Source: Mobula birostris
Taxonomy: Eukaryota
Reading direction: 5' to 3'
DNA length: 64,000 bases
Assembly (NCBI RefSeq): GCF_030028105.1
Contig: NC_092398.1
Location: 23,079,649-23,143,648, forward strand
Shown: one piece after another, positions 28,501 to 40,600 of the stretch
Position numbering within the stretch: position 1 is the first letter of the stretch
How the letters are laid out: each line of letters begins with the position of its first letter
Program-made: the position numbers and the translations under genes
The notes under the pieces: generated by a model
The model's input: the letters and a program-made list of their open reading frames with translations, nothing else
Database searches by the model: none
Told to the model about the DNA's origin: nothing

Positions 28501-31500
28501 ATCCCTCCCCCTCCTGTCTTCTCCTATCATTTTGGATCTCCCCCTCCCCCTCCCACTTTCAAATCTCTTACTAACTCTTCCTTCAGTTAGTCCTGACGAA
28601 GGGTCTCGGCCCAAAACGTCGACTGCACCTCTTCCTACAGATGCTGCCTGGCCTGCTGCGTTCACCAGCAACTTTGATGTGTGTTGCTTGAAATTCCAGC
28701 ATCTGCAGATTTCCTCGTGTTTGCGAGGTACAGGAGCCTGAAGGCACACACTCAGTGAATCAGAAACAGCTTCTTCCCCTCCGCCATCAGATTTCTGAAC
28801 GGACATGGAACCCGTGAACACTACCTCGATGTTTTTCCCTCTTTTTTTGTACAACTTAATAATAATTATATATTATTATTATTATTTGGTTTTTATTACT
28901 ATGTATGGCAACGTACTGCTGCCACAACACAACAAGTTTCATGGCATGTGCCGGTGACACTAAACTTGATTTTGATTCTAACTACCCCCGCAGATCGAAG
29001 GGCTGGACCCTGACAACGCCCGCGTGGTGGTACGGCTGGCGCTGGGCAATGAGGTGGTGACCGTCAGTCAGTACGGGCTCAATTACGTCAGCGCCGGAGA
29101 GTACCAGCGTTACAGCCGCGACCTGAGTGAGTTGGGGATGGGGACTGCGCAGGTCAGAGTAGACAGGGTCGCTGCCTGCACTGGGACTGTGCGTGCATAC
29201 AAGCCCCTGGCCTGCATAACACCGAGCTCCCCTCGACAGCACACAGGGGAGCAGAGAGATAGCGTTAGAGAGGGGATGTGGATAGAGGCGCCAGTACGTG
29301 GGGGGGGGGTGGAGGGCGAAGAGAGACACGGGTGAGGACAGGCGCTGGGGAGAGAGCTGTGGATGGAGGGATAGGGAGATGGTTGGGGATGGGGGAGGCC
29401 TCTCTCAGCTCAATGTCTTCTTCCTTCCCACAGGCCGGCTGAGCGCCGCCCACAGGGAAAGCCAACGGCAGCAGGAAGCCGCGCGGGGCAAGGAGGTTGA
29501 GAAGGAGAAACGCACAGAACACCGGGAAAGGAAGAGAAAGCATGAGGCCAGCGCAGAGAGGTGGGTCCGACCCCGCATCTGTGGAGGGAGTACTGGGAGA
29601 CCTCAGTAAACGAGGGTAGGACACACACCGTGAATGGTGGGGAGTATCAAGGGATAGAGGGATCTTTCTGTACAATGATCAGACACACTTTGTGAATAGT
29701 GGGGAGTGTCAAGGGATAGAACGACCTCGGTGTACAAGGGTAGGACACACACTGTGAATGGTAGGGAGTGTCGAGGGACAGAGGGACCTCGGTGTACAAT
29801 GGCAGGACACACTTTGTGTCAAGGGATAGAACGACCTCACACAAATTGTGTATGGTGGGGGGGTGTTGAGGGACAGCGGGACCTCGGTGTATGAGGGTAG
29901 GACTCACACCATTACTGATGTTGTCGCAGGAGTGAGGGAGGGGAAGTATGACGGGGAGGAGGATGTACTGTGGGAGGGGTTGTGCTCTGCCCCACAGGGA
30001 GGGGAGGTGGGAGCAGTGAGGAAGGGGGTAGTACCCAGGCAGCTAACGGTCACCGCTCTGCCCCCACAGGGACAGGAAACGGGACAAGCGGCCGAGCAGT
30101 CCCACTCCCCGCCGCCCGTGTTGGCTGCGCAGTGACCTGCTGGTCCGGCTCATCGACCGGCGCTACCAGAAGGGCGCCTACTATAACTGCAAGGTAACCC
30201 TGGCCTGGGTCACGGGGCTGGAGGTCGGAGGGCAAGGGGCAGTGACGATGCGGGGAGGGGGAGGCTGCCGGTGAGAGGAGGGAGGGGGATAAGGTGGGGG
30301 GAGGTGAAGGAGAGGGAAGTTCAGGGACGGTGTGAGGTATGTGGGGATGGGAAGGCAGGAGGGTGAAGGGGAGGATGGAGGTCAGTGGGAAGGGGTAAGG
30401 GCAGGGCTGGGGGAAGATGGAGGTCTGTGGGACGGAGGGAAGGGCAGGGGTTGGGAGGTGAGGGGGAAGATCAGGGTAGCTGGTGACAAGTGGACATCAG
30501 CTGGTGACGGGAGAGGAAGAGAGGAGGTGGGAAGAAGGGTCGGGGTTGTGGGGGAGGGAGGGAAGGTGGGACAGTGGGGGAGAACATTCAGAGATTTGGG
30601 GTGTAAAGGTGAAGGGAAGGGGTGAGTGTGGGGAAGGAGGGGAGAGGGAAAGGAGAAGAGGACAGTGGAAGCGTATGAGCCTCCTTCCACATTGATTCTG
30701 ATTTTTTCTCTCTCTCCGCCCCACCTCTAGGTCACCATCGAGGACGTGCTGAGCACTGACTCGTGTGTGTGTCGGACCGACGGTGGACGACTTCTGGAAG
30801 GTGGGAATCCCGGGACCGCGGGTGGGTGGGGAGGGTGGTGGCGGAGCACTGAGGGAGCGGCAAGGAAGGGCAAACGACCTGAGGCTGCAGAGCTCGGGCC
30901 GGTGCGACGGTGAAGTCCAGAGCAAGTGGCTGGCTGGCAAGAAGGCATACAGTACACTTGCCTTCAAAGCCAGCTTGCCCACAGTTTTATTTATTGAGAT
31001 ACAGCGTGGGACAGGCCCTTGGAGACTCCCCAACAGCAACGCACCGATTTTAACTACAGGCAATTTGCAACGACCAATTAACCCACCAACCAGTTCGTCT
31101 TTGGACTGTGGGACGGAAACCCACACATTCCACGCGGAGGACGTACAGGCTCCTTACAGATTGAACTCTGACACATCGAGCTGTAATGGGAGTCGCACTA
31201 TCCACTACGCTACCGTGGCGCCCAAGACTGAGGGAGCTGGTCAGCGGCACTTATTTTGGCTGGAAGTCCCTGAGCAGTGATTACCGCTGTCTAAAACTCT
31301 GCTTAGGCCTTTTGTGTTCAGTTCTGATCGCCCTGTTATGGGAAGAAGATACAGGGGGGCTTTGGAGAGGGGGCAGAAGAGGTTCTCCGGGATGCTGCCT
31401 GGGTTACAGCGATGAGCTTACAAAGTGAGGTTGGAAAAACTTGGGTTGTTTTCCTCCAAAGCAGCGAGGGCTGAGAAGTTGATTAAGATTGTAAGAGGGT

Positions 31501-32958
31501 TAGATGAGAGGCCAATATCTATCCCCCCCCACCCCCGAGCAGGATCAAAATGGCTTTTTGCTGGGCGTGTCGATAAGGTGAGAGGATTGAAAAAGATGTG
31601 CAGGGCAAACCTGGTACCACAGCACCGTAGCTGTTGTCGTGTTGCTGTTACAGCTCGGGCTGTCGGGTCTTGAAGTTCATTCCCCGTGTCCTCTTCAAGG
31701 AGTTTGTACATCCTTGCCGTGGAGCGTGTGGGTTTCCTCCTACCCTCCAAAGATGTATTGGTTAGTTGGGTCATTAGAGTTGCTGGTGTCTCGAAGGACC
31801 TGTTCCATGCTGTTTCCTGAAATAAATAGTTTTTTTTTTTACACAGAGTGCTGGCACTGCCAGGGTTGGTGGTGATGGAGGCAGATACAAGAGAGAGGCA
31901 CATGGAAGTGCAGAGAACGGAGGGAAATGGGATTTATGTCAGTGTTGTTGGGTATTTGAATATTGACTACGGTGGTTGCAACATTGTGGGCCGAATGGTC
32001 TCGTTCCGGTGCCGTCGGGTCTCACCCTCCCTCTCCCGACAGGGATTAAACAGTCAATGCTGGAGACGGTGATTCCCAAGTCGGATTCTGCTCACGTCAT
32101 GGTGGTGCTCGGCAAACACAGAGGCGCGGTGAGTGAGTCTGCGCCCCACCCCCGCGCGCTTGCACACCCTTCATTACCTCGCTGCTGGGGATGGGAGGGT
32201 GCTGTGTATACACAGGGTTCTCGGTAGCTGGGCTCAGTTGTTTCACCGGACACTCCTCCCTGGACGGACAGAGTGCTGACTGATACCCACTGGTCCCGGG
32301 GACGGGAGGGAGCTCGGGTGGTTCCCCCACCCACCCGCCGACACTCCTGTGTGGTGCGTGTGTGTCTCTGCCTCTGTCTCTCTCTGTCGCCCTGGTGCTG
32401 TGAGCGGGAAAGAGCTGGGTTGTCAGTAGCTGGGCTTGGGTGCTGCCCCTGACACTCCTGTGCATGTGTGTGTCTCTGTATCACCCTGGTGCTGTGAGCA
32501 GGAGAGAGCTGTGTGTCCCTCCACAGGGTTGTCAGTAGCTAGGCTTGGGTGCTGCCCCTGACGCTCCTATGCGTGTCTCTCTGTCTATATCTCTATCACC
32601 CTGGTGCTGTGAGCGGGAAAGGGCTGTGTGTCCATCCACAGTGTTGTGTGTAGCTAGGCTTGGGTGCTGCCCCTGACACTCCTGTATGCGTGTGTGTGTC
32701 TCTCTGTCTTTATCTCTATCACCCTGGTGCTGTGAGCAGGAGAGAGCTGTGTGTCCCTCCACGGGGTTGTCAGTAGTTGAGCTCGGGTGCTTCCCCCTGA
32801 CGCTGCTCTTGCCCTCTCTTTCCCAGGTGGGCCGGATACTGAAGCGGGACAGAGCGAAGTGCCAGGCGCTGGTGCAGCTGCAACATAACGAGGAACACCT
32901 CCTGCAGCTGGACTACGACACCATCTGCCACTATGTAGGGGCGTCGGGGAGCGACTGA
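19350..32958 (+). CDS. GPKOW: G-patch domain and KOW motifs-containing protein (Spp2/MOS2 homologue), complete, 482 aa
   Basis: join(19350-19513,21637-21797,25386-25525,26173-26279,27317-27521,28994-29126,29434-29560,30070-30193,30731-30800,32043-32128,32827-32958) = 1449 nt; all GT-AG and phase-consistent. Motifs [16 protein letters not shown]-patch [52 protein letters not shown] and C-terminal LDYDTICHY. Confidence 0.97.
21300..21615. repeat. Pyrimidine-rich tandem repeat (about 35 bp) directly upstream of GPKOW exon 2
   Basis: Unit ttcccccactgacctgtgtccgtccctctccc. Confidence 0.8.
21637..21797 (+). CDS. GPKOW: GPKOW exon 2
   Basis: [15 protein letters not shown]...[10 protein letters not shown]; ccag acceptor, gtgcag donor. 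Confidence 0.9.
22530..23050 (-). mobile_element. CR1-like LINE 3' end
   Basis: [33 protein letters not shown]; tail catagagcatagaatag. Confidence 0.92.
23128..23235. repeat. About 30-bp tandem repeat, 3-4 copies
   Basis: Unit cacagaatgatgatgtcatacgacacag. Confidence 0.85.
24400..25325. repeat. G/T-rich minisatellite (ggggcaggtttgggtttgtattggtg / ggggcaggtttgggtgacggggtg)
   Basis: About 900 bp of alternating subunits; accounts for the 336-aa ORF. Confidence 0.95.
25386..25525 (+). CDS. GPKOW: GPKOW exon 3
   Basis: ESQRYQEKW...[13 protein letters not shown]...VELRPES. Confidence 0.9.
26173..26279 (+). CDS. GPKOW: GPKOW exon 4 (G-patch)
   Basis: [35 protein letters not shown]; donor gtgagt. 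Confidence 0.95.
26320..26985. repeat. About 30-bp minisatellite (gaggcgggatctgtcagtgtgggcggagtctgt)
   Basis: About 21 copies immediately after GPKOW exon 4. Confidence 0.95.
27317..27521 (+). CDS. GPKOW: GPKOW exon 5
   Basis: [18 protein letters not shown]...GPHRDLYGQ; rare GAG acceptor. Confidence 0.9.
27740..28037 (-). mobile_element. tRNA-derived SINE
   Basis: Minus strand tggccaagtggttaagg (A box) ... agttcgagcc (B box) ... gtgtccttgagcaaggcacttaac. Confidence 0.8.
28498..28724 (+). mobile_element. Short Penelope-like element with hammerhead motif, inserted into a Rex1-type LINE fragment
   Basis: Flanked by a perfect 13-bp direct repeat gaggtacaggagc (28485-28497 and 28725-28737); hammerhead motif at 28589-28624. 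Confidence 0.85.
28994..29126 (+). CDS. GPKOW: GPKOW exon 6 (KOW1)
   Basis: [27 protein letters not shown]. Confidence 0.93.
29434..29560 (+). CDS. GPKOW: GPKOW exon 7
   Basis: [10 protein letters not shown]...ERKRKHE; cacag acceptor, gtgggt donor. Confidence 0.88.
30070..30193 (+). CDS. GPKOW: GPKOW exon 8
   Basis: [24 protein letters not shown]. Confidence 0.93.
30731..30800 (+). CDS. GPKOW: GPKOW exon 9
   Basis: [23 protein letters not shown]. Confidence 0.93.
32043..32128 (+). CDS. GPKOW: GPKOW exon 10
   Basis: [28 protein letters not shown]. Confidence 0.93.
32340..32805. repeat. About 120-bp tandem repeat, roughly 4 copies
   Basis: Recurrent ccctggtgctgtgagc...ttgtcagtagct...gggtgctgcccctgac. 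Confidence 0.85.
32827..32958 (+). CDS. GPKOW: GPKOW exon 11 (KOW2, stop codon)
   Basis: [18 protein letters not shown]...[16 protein letters not shown]. Confidence 0.95.
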   Translation: MGRILKRDRAKCQALVQLQHNEEHLLQLDYDTICHYVGASGSD

Positions 32959-33398
32959 AGGAGTCTGTGGATGGCTGGGATGGGGGGAGCGAGAGACAGT
33001 CCCAATAAACCCCCCAGCATTTCCCTCTCCACTTGTTCTTTCCATGTCTGCTGACACTCAGCGCTAGAGGGAGCCAATCGGAGTGGTTGAACTGATGGCC
33101 GCTCCTCGTCTCCACTAGGGACCTGGCCCCACCTCCCCTGTGAGGTTTTGACCCCCCAATCTCCCCGGATTTGGCCCCGTTCCTCACAGTGACCCGCTGC
33201 TCAAACAGGGGGCCGGTACCCCTGCTCACAGATGTCCTCCTGTGGCACCACTGTGCTACTGCAACTCAGGGTCGAGTGTGGTGGGAGAGTGAAGAGGAGT
33301 CCACACTGCTGGGTCTCGAGGGCTGGGTAACACTGTGGCTTCGGTGGGTTTGTATCCCCCTGTTGGCCCATACAGGACCCATATTCCATAAGCTGGTG

Positions 33399-33404
33399 AA
33401 TAAA
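33399..33404 (+). terminator. GPKOW polyadenylation signal (a proximal AATAAA is also present at 33004-33009)
   Basis: AATAAA followed about 25 nt later by the GT-rich tract tgtgtctgtgtgtct. Confidence 0.65.
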
Positions 33405-33829
33405 AGCTTAATGTTACAGACGTGACAATGTGTCTGTGTGTCTAGGGAGAGGGCTGGGTGAGGTGAGGCTCCTGAGAGAATGGGACAGTGGGATTAGTTT
33501 GGGGATGGACACAGGGCTGTGCTGATTTTCCTGAAGGTTTCTTTTATCATGCGGGGAGAAGTGTGTGCCTGGGGTAGAGGCCGGTACAATAGAGGTGTTT
33601 AAGAGGCTCTTGGACAGGAATATGAATGAGCAGGGAGAATAGATTAGACGTCACCAACTTGATTAGATCAGCAAAACATCACAGTGGGGCGGGATATATG
33701 GTGTAGATTCCAGTTAATCAGGGCAGCCGTTTATTTGGGACAAAGACTAATCATCAAAATAGATGGGATTCTAAGTTCCAGTGGGGTGAGGCAGGTAGAG
33801 CAATTGGACACGAAGGCGTCTCTATTCAC

Positions 33830-34920
33830 AGGATGGACCGAACTGCTGATTCGGAAAAGGCAAATGGTGGAGGTGTGTGTTTCATGATAAACTCTTGGTG
33901 GTTCTCCGATGTGGCGGTTTTGTTGAACTCGTACTCTTCTGACCTTGAACACCGAATGAGCGAATGCTGTCTGTTCTATGTACCAAGGGCTCTTCCATAA
34001 TCCTGACCGCAGTTCACATGCCACCAGCAGCCAACTGCAATCAGGTGCTTGAGATACTGTAGTGTGCTGTCTCCAAACAAGAAACAGTCCATCCTGCTGC
34101 ATTTCAACTGTTAGTCAGGGATTTCAGCTAGACTTGTGTGAAGAAACCCTTCCCAATTATAATCAGCCTATAAACTGTAACACCAAGGGTCTGAACACAC
34201 TAGACCATTGTTACACTAAGATAAGGAATGCCTAGCATTCTATGGCTAAACCGCACTTTGGTAAATCCAATCACTTGGTGGTCCTCCAACCCACACGCAG
34301 GCAGAGGATAAGGAGCGAAGCTCCAGAGGAGCAGCTGAGTGATTGTTCTGGGCTGTGTTCAATGACTCAACTGTGGATCTGAATAAACATACCATTGTTG
34401 TCATGGATTTCATTAAAACGGTTGTAGATGAGTGTGTTTCCCCCAAGATCGTTCAGTCTTTCCCAACAAGATGCTCTGGATGAAGTATGAGATCTGCAGT
34501 CTGCTGAGGGCCATATCAGAGCCTTTCAAGTCAGGTGACTATGAAAGTTACAAGAAGTCCCGGTGTGATCTCCAGAAAACCATCTCATGGGCAAAGTAGC
34601 AATTCTGGACTAAATTTGAATCAACAAAGGAAGCTGGACAGTTGTGGCAGGACTTGAATACTATCACCTCTTATGAACTTAAATCAAGTGACATAGGTGA
34701 CAACAGGGCTTCACTTCCAGATGAGGCTCAATGCCTTCTGTGCTCACATACGTGAACCATCACGAACTCCCACAGCCCCTGATGACCCTGTGATTTCAGT
34801 CTCTGAGGCTGTCATGCGAGCAGCCTTTAGGCAGGTGAACCTGTGAAGAGCATCCAGCCCAGACCTGGGCCAAGTATTAAAGACCTGTGTCGATCAACCA
34901 GTTGTAGTGTTCACTGAGGT
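33830..34920 (+). mobile_element. Degenerate Rex1/Babar-type LINE fragment
   Basis: Endonuclease-to-linker remnants (GGGVCF, LDHCYT, FGKSNHL, LPDE.NAF), with many stops. Confidence 0.7.
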
Positions 34921-35884
34921 AACAGCATTCATTTTGCAAGGGGTGACAGTATTTGCCCAACCCTGCCACAGCTGTCAAGCATCCAAAGCTATTTCAGAAT
35001 TGCCACTTTGCCCATGGATTGGCTTTCCGGAGACCGAACATGGACCTCTTGGATCTTAAATTTTAAAAAGTGCAAAAAGAGGAATAGAGAGGTAGTGTAC
35101 ATGGGTTCAATGCCCATTCGGAAATCTGATGGCGGAAGGGAAGCCATTCTTGTGACTTCCAGCTCCTGCACCACCACCTCAATGGCAGTGATAAGAAGAG
35201 AGCATGCCCTGGTTGCTGAGGATCCTTGCGATGGATGCTACCTTGAGGTACCTCGTCATGAAGATGTCCGCCATGGTGAGGAAGGCTGAATCTACAACCC
35301 TCTGCAGTCTCTGCTGTTGAAGCCCCAGCACACCATCACGCTCTACACTGACGTCCTGCTGCTTGGCAAACACCGATGCAAGGCACACCATTTAGGGCCA
35401 CTGTTGAACCTCCTGTAAGCTTCTGCCCCCCAAGATCCCAGAGATCAAGCTCGTTTTGGTTGCCTTCAAGGCTTGCATTTCCTCGCGGAGACCAGCCCCC
35501 CCAACCCTCTCGCTGTGTTCCACTCACCCTGAGATTCTCCAGATCCCTCTGACAGAAACATTTCAGTCAGATTTGCAGAGCAACACGCTATCGATGCAGG
35601 CCCTTCAGCCCCACTAATCCATGCCAACCATGGTGCCCGGCCAACTTCTTGCATTCAGCCCATATCCCTCCATTTGTATGTACCTATCCAAGTCATTCTT
35701 AAATGAGACTAGTGTTGTACTTGCCTTAACCACTTCCTCCAGCAACTCATTCCAAATACTCACTGGGTGAAAAAGTTGCCCATCAGGTTCCCATCCCACC
35801 CTCAACCTGCATCCCCTAGTCCTGGACTCCCCTACCCTGGGGCAAAGACTGTCACCGCCTATCTTGTCTATGTTTCTCGTGGCA

Positions 35885-36235
35885 AGGTGGAGATGCGTCC
35901 CTACCAAAGGAGGTGGAAGGCGCTCCTCTCCGGTAGCCCGTAGGTCACCCTTGAGCAAGGTGTAGCACCTGCTCAGTCCACAACAATCAGGGACACATGA
36001 AACCGTGGGAGCAGGTGGTGGATGGTCGTATGAGCAGCTGGTGCATATCACATGTGACCACTGAAGCCAGGCAGACAATCTGTGTAGAGTTTTGATAATG
36101 GTTGGGGTCGCCCCTCTTGTAAAGACACTGCTTAGAAGAAGGCAATGGCAAACCGCTTCTGTAGAAAAATTTGTCAAGAACAATCCTGGTCATGAGACCA
36201 TGATTGCCTTCAACATGCAACATGACACATGAACA
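35885..36235 (+). mobile_element. Dispersed short interspersed repeat, probably RTE-related; other copies at about 22240-22528 (-) and 52875-53185 (-)
   Basis: Shared aaaggaggtgtaaggcgctcc...gcaaggtgtagcacctgc...aaggcaatggcaaacc. Confidence 0.7.
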
Positions 36236-36629
36236 AATTAATAAAGGTCACCCCCTCCCCCTCTTGCGTTCCAAAGATCAAGTCCTAGTCTTGCCCAATA
36301 ACTGAGGCCCTCAAGTCCTGCCAACAGCTTCTCTAACTCTTCCCAGTTTACCATATTGTCTCCATAAAAGGGCAACCAAAACTGCACATCAAACTCCAAG
36401 CAGTCTCATCACCTACTTATAAAACTGTAACATGATACTGCATCTCGTATACTCAATGCCCAGACTGATGAAGGCCAGCACATCTCTGTGACTCCAGTTT
36501 AAACAAACTATGTACTTCTGCTCCTAGTTCCATTATACTCTCCAGTGACCCCCTCATGTGACACGGCACTGCACTCCCTTCTCACCATCCCCTCGGCAGT
36601 GTTCAGACCCCACCTCTCCTCCCATGGCA

Positions 36630-36830
36630 TGGCGCTCCCTCCTCATTGCCCTTCCCGAAGCTCAGTGCTCCCTCTTCATCGCCTCCCCGAAGCACAGTGC
36701 TCCCTCCTCACTGCCCCTCCTGAAGCGCAGTGCTCCCTCATTGCCCTTCCCGAAGTTCAGTGCTCCCTCCTCATCGCCTCCCCGAAGCGCAGTGCTCCCT
36801 CCTCATCACCCCTCCTGAAGCACAGCGCTG
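36630..36830. repeat. About 31-bp tandem repeat, about 6 copies
   Basis: Unit cagtgctccctcctcatcgcctccccgaagcg. Confidence 0.85.
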
Positions 36831-37392
36831 TTCATCGCCCCCTCCGGTGGTGCGACACCCCCCACCACAGTGTTCACTCCCCACCACCCCTCCTACTGCA
36901 CAGAGCTCCCTCGCAACCTCTCCCACAACACAACACCCCCTGCTCGTACCGGGAGCAGTTCTCCCAAATTGCACCGGGCTGCAGTTGCAGGGGCGGGGAA
37001 GTGGGAGGGGGCAGGATTCTGGGACCCCAAAACCACAGAGCTCACCCTGAAACAAGCCCACCCTCCCATCAGTGTACTGGACAGCAGCAGGATACGAGAT
37101 CCTAGGAGAGGGAGCGAGGGGGGTGGTGGGGGACAGTGGGAACGCTGCAGGCCACTACCCCATCCCAATCACCTCCCCTGCCCAAGCCCTGGCGGACAAT
37201 CCTACAAGTGGCTGCACGTCCCTCAGGACCTGGGATGATGCCCAGCACAAGGAGGTGTGAGGGTAGATCAGATGGGAAGATGGAGGAGTTGGAGCAGAGG
37301 TTTGGTCCTCACCTAACCCCACCCAGCCCCTCCCCATTAGCAGCCAGGAACCAGCTCTGAAAGAACCACAAAACAAGACCAGAGACAAATAT

Positions 37393-37398
37393 TTTATT
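37393..37398 (-). terminator. TIMM17B polyadenylation signal
   Basis: AATAAA on the minus strand about 160 nt after the stop codon, followed by a GT/T-rich tract. Confidence 0.7.
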
Positions 37399-37558
37399 CT
37401 TGTCCCCCTTCCCCTTCCCTCTCGTGAATCTCCCCAGCGTGGAGGGGAGGCTTCAGATCGGCTGGAATCGTAGCCCCTCACTCGCTCCTCGCGCTGGGGG
37501 TGAGGAGGAGAGGGTCTCTCACCTCCACTCCGCTCCGCCTGGCCCCCCACCGCCCGGG

Positions 37559-37638
37559 CTACTGGTAATAGCTGTAGCTGCCATAGGTCGAGGGGTCCTT
37601 GGGGGGCAGCTGGCTGGGGTCCTCAAGCAGTGGGCTGG
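37559..37638 (-). CDS. TIMM17B: TIMM17B last coding exon
   Basis: [25 protein letters not shown]. Confidence 0.92.
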
Positions 37639-40600
37639 CTGTGGGTGAGAGAAGAGGGGTGGAGGAGTGACGAGGTGGGAGAGAAACACCCCTACCTCCC
37701 GCACACCTACCCTCTCCCACTCTGCCCAACATCACCTCCTCCTCTCTCCACCCCCCCCCCCCACCATCTCACCCCTCCTGGATCCCACCCCTCCCTTCTC
37801 CCCCTCCTCCTTCCCTCACCACCTCCCACTTGCCTCCCCCACTTCTGACTCCTTCCTGCTTCTCTTTCTTTACCCTTCCCACTTGCCTTCACCCCTCCTC
37901 TTACCCCCTCTTGCCTCCCACTCACCCTCAGCCTGCTTCTCCCCTTTTCTTTCCCCTCTCACTTGCCTTCACCACCCCGCTCCGTACCCCTTCCTCCTGC
38001 CCCCCACACCCTCCCATCGCCTCACCCCTACCCCCCCTTCCCTTCATTCCCCCCCCCGCCCTCAGACTCCCGCTCCTCCCCTCCCCCACCCCACTGGGAT
38101 GGGTACTCACGGTTTTGGAATTGCTGTGCAGTGTACCGGGTGAGGAGGATACCCACCCCCTCGATCAGTGCCAGAAGGATGCCCCCCATCATGGCCGATC
38201 CCACCATGGCCAGGGGCCCACCTGTGGGAGCAGAGCGGCCGCCTGTTAGACTAGGCCCAAAGAGTAAACCCTCCCCCATCGTTAGGCTGTTTGACTCGTC
38301 ATCCCCACAATGACAACACCCTGCTGCCCCTCCCTGGGACATCCGGCCCATCACCCCCACACTGACCCCACTGCCCCGGAGCCCTCCGCAACCTGGGTAT
38401 CCCACATCCCAGACTGCTGCCAGTGACACTCCAACCACACTCTGCACCATGCTGTTCCCAGTGCTATCCACCCTCATCCCATCTCAGGATCTCTCTCCAC
38501 CCCCACACAAAGCCAGGGAGAACAGACCATGAGAACCAGAGCTCGCTGAGGGCCAGATCAGTGCCACTTCAAGTCTGGAGACCAAGAAAGCTGCAAGAGG
38601 TGCAGGAATGATCTCCGGAAAATGGAGATTCCGGACTAAACTTGAATCAACGAGGGGTGCTCGCCAGTTGTGGCAGGGTATGAACGCTGTCACCTCCTAC
38701 AAAGTTAAATCAAGTGACAGGGCTTCGCTTCCAGATGAGCTCAACGCCTCCTTTGCTCACTATGCCCGTCAGAACACTGTGAGCCCCCAGGTCCCCTGGA
38801 GGTCCTTCGATCTCAGTATCCTGAAGCTGACGTGAGGGCTGCCTTCAGAAGGGCAAATACCTGGCCATGTACTAAAGACCTGTGCTGACTAACTGGCTGG
38901 TGTATTCAATGAGATCTTTAACCTTTCGCTTTGCCGGTGTGTGGTACCCACCTGCTTCAAGCAGGCTTCAATTATACCAGTGCCCAAGAAGAGTCAATAG
39001 GAAAGATGTTAATAAAATTGAGAGGGTACAGAGCAGGTTTACTAAAATGTTGCCTGGGTTGAAAGGTTGAACAAGTTGGGTCTTTATTCTTTGGAGCGTA
39101 GAAGGTTGAGGGGGGACTTGATAGAGGTGTTTAACATTATGCGGGGGACAGATAGAGTTGACATGGTTAGACTTTTTCCATTGAGAGTGGGGAAGATTCA
39201 AACAAGAGGACATGGGTTGAGAATTAGAGGACAAAAGTTTAGGGGGAACTTCTTCACTCAGAGAGTGGTAGCTGTGGGGAATGAGCTTCCAGCAGAAGTG
39301 GTTGAGGCAGGTTTGATGTTGTTGTTTAAAGTTAAATTGGATAGGTATATGGACAGGAAAGGAATGGGAGGTTATGGGCTGAGTGCAGGTCGGTGGGACT
39401 AGGATAGGGTAAGAGTTCAGCAGGGACTAGAAGGGCCGAGATGACCTGTTACCGTGCTGTGATTGTGATATGGTTATAAGAGTCTGGTGTCCCACCTCAA
39501 TGATTATCACTCAGTTACAGTTAGATCTACAGCAATACAAGTGTTTTGAGAGGCTGATAAAGAAACATATCAGCTCCTGCCTGAGAGGAGACTTGGATTG
39601 ACTCCAATTTGCCTGATGGAGCAACAGGTCCAGAGCAGATGCCATCTCATCGGCCCTTCACTCTACCGTGGAACATCCAGACGTCAGGAAGCTCTTTATC
39701 GATTGCAGCTTGGCATTCAATAGCATCATCCCCTCAAAACTAATCAAGAATCTCCAAAACCTTGGCCTCAATACCTCCTGGATTTCCTCACTTGTAGACC
39801 TCAGTGAGTTCAGATTGGTAATAACATCTGCATGATCTCCATCGGCACAGATGCACCATGGGGCCTTAAGGCTGATTTATACTTGTGCGTCAACTCAACG
39901 CCGTAACCTACGCAAGAGACCGACACGCGCTGTGAGCATTTATACTTGTGCGCTTGTGTGTCTGCGTCGCTCTGCAATTCGCGAATGTCACGCATGTGCA
40001 CACAGCTGTCCGTGCAAGGCTTCAAGGTCATGGTAGTCTTTCTCGGGGTAAACAAGAAGCAAGCATCTTTTTTTGTAAAAGCAAAATGTGTCCTCCGTAA
40101 TTTCAGGGGTCTGTAAAGCTTTATGGAGAGCACTGCAGCCAGAGTTCCCTCCCTGCCCTTCAGTCACCCAATGGGAAGCTGTTGCAGCGTAGGATGAAAT
40201 GCGATGCTACCAAGCAGACCAATCACAGCTGTTGCGGTCTGCGTTACCGCGACGCGTAGTTACATTCTGGGAGAGGTGCACGTCAGGCTACGGCGTAGGG
40301 ATCCGCGTAGGCACTGCGTAGGGTTCGCAGCTGCGCCGTACCTACGGCGTCGAGTTGACGCAGAAGCATAAATCAGCCTTCAGCCCCCTGCTCGACCCGC
40401 TTTACACCTCTGACTGTGCGGCTAAACACAGCTCCAACACCGTCATCGAGCGTTGGCCGAATCAAAGGTGGTGATGAATCAGCACACAGGAGGGAGACTG
40501 AAAATCAGGCTGAGTGGTGCCACACCAACCACCTCTCACTTAATGTCGGGCAAGACCAAGGAGCTGATGGTTGACTACAAGAGAGGGAAACAAATGGTCC

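Noticed and set aside
35885-35990. Twister or HDV ribozyme at the 5' end of the ggaggtgtaaggcgctcc repeat
   Set aside because: GGUG-UAA...CACC is suggestive, but I could not build P4 or the pseudoknots.
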